Shown in pieces: positions 58,001 through 64,000 of a stretch of 64,000 bases of DNA (the first letter of the stretch is position 1; each line of letters starts with the position of its first letter). The translations under genes were made by a program, and so were the position numbers. The notes below the pieces were generated by a model. It had not been told where the DNA came from. It saw nothing but the letters and a program-made list of their open reading frames with translations, and ran no database searches. The DNA comes from Nitrosopumilales archaeon (GTDB lineage: Archaea; Thermoproteota; Nitrososphaeria; Nitrososphaerales; Nitrososphaeraceae), in assembly GCA_044507735.1 (NCBI GenBank), contig JBIQJB010000006.1:1-64000 (forward strand), given 5' to 3'.

Positions 58001-60178
58001 TCATTGCATCACTCTTTCAAGGGAGAAAAAGCTTGACTGCAACTGCTTCAGGCTGAGCCGGATTATTACCTTCCTTCTCCTTCCCCTAGCGAATTCTACT
58101 GTACGTGCAGCTTGTCCGATTTCTGAAAACACCACACCCGCTGACGATAAGGCTCGGCGAACTTGCTCAGGCTGCTTTGTGCCAATGACATATCGGGAAT
58201 GAGATTCTGAAAACAAGAGGTCGTCTAGTCTGCTGCAAGTATTCGGAATTGCATCAAGGTTCGCTGCAAACCCTGTTCCACCCGCCAGTGCCATCTCTGC
58301 CAATGCGACCGCAAGACCGCCCTTTGAGCAGTCGTGGACGCACGTAACAATCCGTGACTTTATCAGACCGAGCACAACGTTACCATTCTGACCATCAACT
58401 TGCAAGTCGACCTTTGGTGCTGCGCCCCCGGTTATGCCATGTACATATTCATAGTATTCAGACCCGCCCATTTCCGGCGCAGTATTTCCAACCACAAAGA
58501 TCGAGTCGCCGGGTGACAACGAAGGACGCATAATGTGGTTTGAATCTTCGACCAAGCCAAGTGTGCCAATGACAGGCGATGGCTTGATCGGTCCTTTGGC
58601 AGTCTCGTTGTAAAAGCTCACCTTGCCGCCTACCACCGGGATATCCATGAACTTGCAATAATCGACGATCGCTTCTATCGCCTGTGTAAATGTCCAATAG
58701 ATCTCCGGATCCTCAGGGCTTCCAAATTGTAGATGGTCTACTACACCGATCGGCTCCGCACCCGCGCAGATTATATTCCTACGGCCTTCTGAAAGGCATC
58801 CAAGTGTGCCCTGATATGGATCGAGATAACAATGCTTTGAATTTCCATCCAGTTTTATTGCGACAAACTTACCATTGTCAAGCCTCATCACTGCCGCGTC
58901 ACCCATCCCCGGCTTTACAACAGTCCGCACTCCAACTTCATGGTCATATTGCTGATAGACCCAGCGCTTGCTCGCTATTGTCGGGTTCGACATGAGCGAT
59001 AACAACACCTTGCCTAGGTCTGCCGGCTGGCGCGGCTGCTTTATTGATTTTAGTTTATCAAGGTATGCAGGTCTCTTGAGGGCCCTGTTTGCGAGTGGCG
59101 CATGTGCTACAAGATGTGATGGCATGTGAGCCACTACCCTGCCCCCATTCCTGATGACAAGATCATTGTGCTCCTGCACAGTTCCAAGGACAGAATGTCT
59201 AATTTCATACTTCTCTAAAATTGATTCTAACACGGGTAACCGGGCCTTGTCAGTAACATAGAGCATGCGCTCCTGGGACTCAGATATCATTAGCTCGTTT
59301 GGAGTCATGCCACTTTCTCTTGCATGAACCTTTGCCAGCTCGACATCAAAGCCCTTGCCAAGATTGTCTGATGTCTCCGACAGGCAGCACGCCAGACCCC
59401 CACCGCCGAGGTCCTTTATGCCCTTAACGCAGCCACGCTTCACTGCCTCCATCGTGGCTTCGAGCAGTAGTTTTTCAAGGAATGGATCAGGAATTTGAAC
59501 TGCAGACCTATTCTCCGCTTCAAGGGCTTTTGAAGCAAATGACGCGCCATGAATCCCATCTCGCCCAGTCGAGCCGCCAGCAAGCACGATCACATCACCC
59601 ACATCTGCTTGATTCGCCACAACATCCTGCTTCCTACCAAAACCGATCGATGCGACGTCAACAAGGCAATAGTCCTCAAAAGAAGGATCAAACTCTATCT
59701 CTCCGCCAACTGTTGGAATGCCAATGCAGTTACCATAGTCGGCAATCCCTTTTACAACATTCTTGAATAACCACTTCGACTTAGCTGTAGACTTGCTCTT
59801 GCCTCCAGTTATCGGTGCAAACCTGAGAGCGTCGAGCACAGCTATCGGCCGTGTGCCCATTGACATGATATCTCGGATGACTCCTCCAACCCCAGTGGCT
59901 GCGCCTCCGAAAGGCTCTACAGCTGAGGGGTGGTTGTGACTTTCAATATGTACCGTCAGGACATACCCATCACCAACGTCAAGAACTCCTGCGTCATAAC
60001 CTGGGCCCACTACAACGCGCCTACCCCTTGTAGGCAGAAGTCTCAAGTACTTTTTGGAGGACTTGTATGAACAGTGCTCCGACCATTCTGCACCCACGAT
60101 GTCCTGTTCGATCTCGTTTGCTTTCCTCTTCAGGTTTGATTCGAGGTACTCTAGCTCTTGCTTTGTGAGAACACCCAT
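58001..60178 (-). CDS. purL: phosphoribosylformylglycinamidine synthase subunit PurL
   Basis: WSEHCSYKSS, ESHNHPS, GAATGVGG, DLGGGG, SESQERM, GGKVSFYN. Confidence 0.97.
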   Translation of the reverse strand: MGVLTKQELEYLESNLKRKANEIEQDIVGAEWSEHCSYKSSKKYLRLLPTRGRRVVVGPGYDAGVLDVGDGYVLTVHIESHNHPSAVEPFGGAATGVGGVIRDIMSMGTRPIAVLDALRFAPITGGKSKSTAKSKWLFKNVVKGIADYGNCIGIPTVGGEIEFDPSFEDYCLVDVASIGFGRKQDVVANQADVGDVIVLAGGSTGRDGIHGASFASKALEAENRSAVQIPDPFLEKLLLEATMEAVKRGCVKGIKDLGGGGLACCLSETSDNLGKGFDVELAKVHARESGMTPNELMISESQERMLYVTDKARLPVLESILEKYEIRHSVLGTVQEHNDLVIRNGGRVVAHMPSHLVAHAPLANRALKRPAYLDKLKSIKQPRQPADLGKVLLSLMSNPTIASKRWVYQQYDHEVGVRTVVKPGMGDAAVMRLDNGKFVAIKLDGNSKHCYLDPYQGTLGCLSEGRRNIICAGAEPIGVVDHLQFGSPEDPEIYWTFTQAIEAIVDYCKFMDIPVVGGKVSFYNETAKGPIKPSPVIGTLGLVEDSNHIMRPSLSPGDSIFVVGNTAPEMGGSEYYEYVHGITGGAAPKVDLQVDGQNGNVVLGLIKSRIVTCVHDCSKGGLAVALAEMALAGGTGFAANLDAIPNTCSRLDDLLFSESHSRYVIGTKQPEQVRRALSSAGVVFSEIGQAARTVEFARGRRRKVIIRLSLKQLQSSFFSLERVMQ

Positions 60179-60180
60179 GC

Positions 60181-60876
60181 CTACGCTATCGCCTTTTGCT
60201 TCAGGTTTGACACTAGCGATTTGAAAATCATAATTGCGTCATTCTTGGCGCCTTCCACTGCCAAGATGCTTTCACTTGCTCTCTCTGGATGAGGCATCAT
60301 GCCCATAACATTGCCCTCTTCATTGCAGATCGCTGCTATAAGGTCAGACGATCCATTCGGATCGTCATTGAAATACTGTAAAACGATCTGATTCTTTTTC
60401 TTTAATTCCTTCAAAATCTTATTGTCTGCCACATAGCGTCCTTCGCCGTGTGCCACAGGGATCTCAAATGTTTGTTTTGTGGCAAACTGGCTGGTGAAAG
60501 GAGTCTTGTTATTCTTTACTTCTACCTTTGTCCACCGGCACACAAAACGAAGTGAATCGTTCATCATCAGTGCTCCCGGGAGCAGTCCTGACTCGACCAG
60601 AATCTGAAAGCCATTGCATATTCCAAGGACGGGCAGACCATCCCTTGCCATCCTCTTTACCTCCTGCACAATTGGGCTGTGAGCCGCGATAATACCAGCG
60701 CGCAGTCTATCTCCAAATGCAAAGCCTCCTGGAATTATCATTGCATCATAACCGGAGATGCGATCCTTGGTGTGCCAGATAAAGTCTGCTTGCACACCTA
60801 TAACGTTGTTAAGAACATGATGGACGTCGCGGTCGCAGTTGCTGCCGGGGAAAACGGCAATCCCAATCTTTGCCAT
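60181..60876 (-). CDS. purQ: phosphoribosylformylglycinamidine synthase subunit PurQ
   Basis: FPGSNCD, PGGF..GD.LR, GICNGFQ, AHGEG, MMPHPER. Confidence 0.97.
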   Translation of the reverse strand: MAKIGIAVFPGSNCDRDVHHVLNNVIGVQADFIWHTKDRISGYDAMIIPGGFAFGDRLRAGIIAAHSPIVQEVKRMARDGLPVLGICNGFQILVESGLLPGALMMNDSLRFVCRWTKVEVKNNKTPFTSQFATKQTFEIPVAHGEGRYVADNKILKELKKKNQIVLQYFNDDPNGSSDLIAAICNEEGNVMGMMPHPERASESILAVEGAKNDAIMIFKSLVSNLKQKAIA

Positions 60877-61004
60877 TACAGCGAGTGAGACTTGACAGAG
60901 CTTGTATTAATATCTTCAGATCAGCGAATTCCGCACTTGCTGATGGTTGCAGTAGTCCAGGATAGCATTGTTTTTATCCTTGGGTGATTCTGGGAAAATG
61001 GTAT

Positions 61005-61460
61005 ATGGCAGGTGGAGTAGTTCGCGACATCATGACAAAGCAAATCGTCATGATAGATCATGACAAGTCCGCTCTCGAAGCCGCCAAGATAATGTCTGAG
61101 AAGGGCATCAGCTCCGTCTTTGTGGTCAAGGATGGCCAGCCTGTCGGGATAGTGAGCGAGCGCGACTTTATCAAGAAAATATGTGCCAAGGAGCTGCCGG
61201 TCGCTCAGGTAAAGATGGAAGACATCATGTCCAAAATACTAACGACCGCCGACCCCGAGACACCAATCGAAGTAGCCATACAGAGAATGGTAAATCACAA
61301 GATCCGCCGGCTTCCGATAATGGATAATGGCAAGCTGGTCGGAATAATCACTGTGACCGATTTGGCAAAGCACCTGCGAACCACGCTATTGTTAGAAGGC
61401 GCTCTTAGCGACTCTAGCAACCTTGACGATGTTTTCTCAATGCACGACGATAAGCATTAA
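61005..61460 (+). CDS. CBS domain pair protein
   Basis: VRDIMT...GIVSERD...DIMS...IRRLP...GIITVTD. Confidence 0.92.
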   Translation: MAGGVVRDIMTKQIVMIDHDKSALEAAKIMSEKGISSVFVVKDGQPVGIVSERDFIKKICAKELPVAQVKMEDIMSKILTTADPETPIEVAIQRMVNHKIRRLPIMDNGKLVGIITVTDLAKHLRTTLLLEGALSDSSNLDDVFSMHDDKH

Positions 61461-61477
61461 AACCAAAGAATAGGGGG

Positions 61478-61891
61478 TTAGGTCGATTCTGAGGCAGTCT
61501 TTTTGTCCAGCTTTCTCATCCGTGACTCTATCACGAGTACCGCAGCAGTCACACCAATAAAGATGGCCTGCATCGCTTCAACGGCTGCTGCCATTTCGTT
61601 GACTCCGCCGCCCCTTCCAGTTATCGGATTGCCAGGGAACCTCGTAATTATCCAGATCGTCATCAGAACTGCTGTTCCACCAATCCCAATCCCGTACCAG
61701 ACCTTGCCCCATCTCCGGATCATCGGGAGAGCCCAGAACACCTGAGCAGCGCCACCGATGAAGAAGAGAATCGCGCTGTTGGGGTTAAAGTTCAGCATGT
61801 TTGGAGCCAGCACAAGATGCAATATACCCGCTACTACAGTTGCTGCGGCTGCCACGTAGTTGAGCACGACTGTTTTCATACTTTTTCTCAC
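61478..61891 (-). CDS. four-TM membrane protein
   Basis: Four hydrophobic helices, intramembrane His (AGILHL), Q and E residues. Confidence 0.8.
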   Translation of the reverse strand: MRKSMKTVVLNYVAAAATVVAGILHLVLAPNMLNFNPNSAILFFIGGAAQVFWALPMIRRWGKVWYGIGIGGTAVLMTIWIITRFPGNPITGRGGGVNEMAAAVEAMQAIFIGVTAAVLVIESRMRKLDKKTASEST

Positions 61892-61917
61892 TTTTCCTCT
61901 TCCTAGTATATATACAG

Positions 61918-62778
61918 TTAGTAGTCAAAGTTTAGCTCGTGTGTAGAGCCCCTCAGCACTTCCATAGTAGCAATCTTGTCTGTCCCATCGGGGTATGCTA
62001 CGTACACGATGTACTCTCCTGGCGGCACATCAATGTAATACTGGCCGTTGACTGAAACGAATGCACTTGCGGCAAAGTTTGCCCCTTGCTGCACTGCCAG
62101 AACGGTTGTGCCGATTGCAGGCAAGCCCCCAGGTCCGCTTACATACCCATGCAGGACTCCCGGTTCAATGCCAGTGGCAATACTCGAGCTGACATTTGCA
62201 TTGGGCAAGATGCCACCGCTTACTATGAATCCAGCAAGGGCTATTGCGCCTATTATGGCTGCGGCGGTGTACGCAACTATTATCTTGCTACTCTCTTTCT
62301 TCTTCAAGGAAGAAGAAGGCTCTTTGCTACTTTGAGTCCGGTGGATGTTTGACGAGGTCAGCGGAGGGGTGACACCAGTCAGCTCGAATCTATTTTTCTT
62401 ATGTAGTCGATGCTCATGCGAAGCTCCGTAGCTGCCAAGGCCACCAGTATATTCGCCAGTAACCTCGATCACATCCTCCGAATCTGAGATCTCCTTGAGC
62501 ATTTCCAATGTCAGCTTCTGGTTCACTGCATAATGAGTTCCATTGTCATAGACAGCCGGACTCATTCCGGTCTTACTGATTATATAGCTTCGAACCTCTT
62601 CGACATCCAACCCCGGTCTCGTAAATACTTCGACCATGTATATCGGAACGACGTTTGGGTTCTCCATCTGGCGGAGCAACAGGTCATCGATGAGTGCTGG
62701 ATCCACCTTTGGAAGGTGTTGTCGGTACTTTTGCTGCAGTTCTAGGAACCTATCCTTTATTTCTAATACTTCGCTCAT
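61918..62778 (-). CDS. bitopic membrane protein with C-terminal carboxypeptidase-regulatory-like domain
   Basis: Soluble N-domain, central TM, G.LHGYV...GTTV...NGQYYIDVPPGEY transthyretin-like fold. Confidence 0.75.
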   Translation of the reverse strand: MSEVLEIKDRFLELQQKYRQHLPKVDPALIDDLLLRQMENPNVVPIYMVEVFTRPGLDVEEVRSYIISKTGMSPAVYDNGTHYAVNQKLTLEMLKEISDSEDVIEVTGEYTGGLGSYGASHEHRLHKKNRFELTGVTPPLTSSNIHRTQSSKEPSSSLKKKESSKIIVAYTAAAIIGAIALAGFIVSGGILPNANVSSSIATGIEPGVLHGYVSGPGGLPAIGTTVLAVQQGANFAASAFVSVNGQYYIDVPPGEYIVYVAYPDGTDKIATMEVLRGSTHELNFDY

Positions 62779-62955
62779 ATGCCTAATAGTGAGCTAAGTA
62801 GATTGATATTCCCTCCTTAACTCATCAATTCAGTATTTAACACATTTGTTCAACCTTCATAATTGCTGTTTAACCCCTAGGGGCAAATTGCTGAGAGGTT
62901 TTTGCATCAGTCTCGAAAGGCACGATAAAAATTTTAATTATTACGCAAAGAATGT

Positions 62956-63780
62956 TTGTTCATGGAGGAAAATTATAACGATTATTCGCTTGCCACTGAG
63001 TTATTCATGGAGCTTGCCAGTGAAACAAGATTTTCCATACTGGCTTCACTAAGCAAGAAACCATCTAAGCTTAGTTCTTTATCAAGGGAGCTTGGTGTTA
63101 CGGTGCAAGATGTACATCGGAACCTGAACAGGTTGATGCAGGAAGGCCTTGTAAAGAGACTTGATGGCACATTCTACGCCACAGAGTATGCCAGAATAGT
63201 GATGAAACAGATTCCAGATTTAATGGTCATGAAGAAGAATAGAAGGTATTTTGAAGAACATGGCATATCCGCAGTCATTCCAGACAAGTTCCTGCAGAGG
63301 ATCGGCGTGCTGGAGGATTGTAAACCGATAACCAGTGTAACGGCCGTCTTTCAGGGATTGAAGAAGCTTCAATCATCATCGAACAATTCGTTAAGGATAA
63401 TCGTCTCTCAAACTTGGCCTGAAGAAGGAGAGATACTAATCGATAGGGCCAGTCACGGAGTCAAGGTCTATGCGCTGGTCGGCCAAAATACGATATTCCC
63501 AAAGAATGTCGTTGAAAACATTCTGCCAAAAATGAATGAATTGATGGGAAAAGGAATTCTTGAGAGGAGAATGGTTGAGCGAGTTGATGTGGCTCTTTTC
63601 ATAGCAGACGACAAGGCAGCTGCCATAGCATTTGCAAACCAAAAAGGTGAAGTCGACATGAACACCATGTTCATCGGCGAAAGCCCGGCATTCTGTGAAT
63701 GGTGCCTAGACTACTTTGAATATGTGTGGAAAGATTCAAGACCCTTCAATATCAACAAAGTCAAAATCGTAGAATACTAA
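62956..63780 (+). CDS. ArsR-type HTH transcriptional regulator (DUF1724-like C-terminus)
   Basis: ELASETRFSIL...LSSLSREL...VHRNL.RL...GLV; C-terminal WCLDYFEYVW. Confidence 0.88.
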   Translation: MFMEENYNDYSLATELFMELASETRFSILASLSKKPSKLSSLSRELGVTVQDVHRNLNRLMQEGLVKRLDGTFYATEYARIVMKQIPDLMVMKKNRRYFEEHGISAVIPDKFLQRIGVLEDCKPITSVTAVFQGLKKLQSSSNNSLRIIVSQTWPEEGEILIDRASHGVKVYALVGQNTIFPKNVVENILPKMNELMGKGILERRMVERVDVALFIADDKAAAIAFANQKGEVDMNTMFIGESPAFCEWCLDYFEYVWKDSRPFNINKVKIVEY

Positions 63781-63783
63781 CTA

Positions 63784-64000
63784 TTAGACCTTGCCGGTAG
63801 CCTTAATTGTGCAGCTACTCACGATCGGATTGAATATGCGTAGCTCTTCACACAACTTTTTTACCGTTGCTTCGGCTTCTCTCTCTGACTTTGAATTCAC
63901 GATCATCTTGAGCATCTTGGCCGACCTCACCGACAGCACGTTAGAGTAGCCTCCTTTCACCACAAGGTCCCGATGAATCGTTTCGCCTTCTGGGTCATTG
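63784..64000 (-). CDS. purS: phosphoribosylformylglycinamidine synthase subunit PurS (5'-truncated by window; not in ORF track)
   Basis: ...NDPEGETIHRDL...VRSAK...LCEELRIFNPIVS...KV*; DPEG and NP motifs of PurS. Confidence 0.92.
   Translation of the reverse strand, partial: NDPEGETIHRDLVVKGGYSNVLSVRSAKMLKMIVNSKSEREAEATVKKLCEELRIFNPIVSSCTIKATGKV

Noticed and set aside
1-64000. CRISPR arrays, tRNA/rRNA genes, IS elements, integrases, provirus
   Set aside because: No regularly spaced repeats, cloverleaf or rRNA signatures, or transposase/integrase motifs were seen by eye; a tRNAscan/Infernal run would be needed to exclude small RNAs formally

Overview
Chromosomal window from an ammonia-oxidising-type archaeon, most consistent with Nitrososphaerales. 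Support: rpS26e, the archaeal aroA'/aroB' shikimate route, GHMP shikimate kinase, PriL/PriS, a PEF-CTERM tail, thaumarchaeal-type histidine kinase and wHTH proteins, and TATA boxes about 25-31 nt before many start codons. Core blocks are the aromatic amino acid cluster (aroA'-aroB'...aroD-aroE-aroK-aroA-aroC-CM/aminotransferase-tyrA), nfo/priL/priS, menA, ychF, birA and purS...purQ-purL-purF. The best candidate for an undescribed system is a ~13-kb surface-glycan locus (1318-14432). It combines a processive GT2, WecB, an LpxD-like acyltransferase, a PIG-L deacetylase, two exported PQQ-type sugar dehydrogenases, a Tat-exported galactose-oxidase-type copper radical oxidase with two unnamed C-terminal repeat domains, and a CBM/PKD protein. 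This recalls the Streptomyces CslA-GlxA system. Other highlights: a candidate structured small RNA or leader between aroD and aroE, a divergent mpgS/glycoside hydrolase pair, microproteins missed by the ORF track (a C2H2 finger and a membrane peptide), a B-box/ZZ-like zinc finger, a C39 peptidase lacking its catalytic Cys, and accessory insertions splitting the aro and pur operons. No rRNA, tRNA, CRISPR array, transposase or integrase was recognised. All assignments come from motif recognition by eye; no database searches were run.
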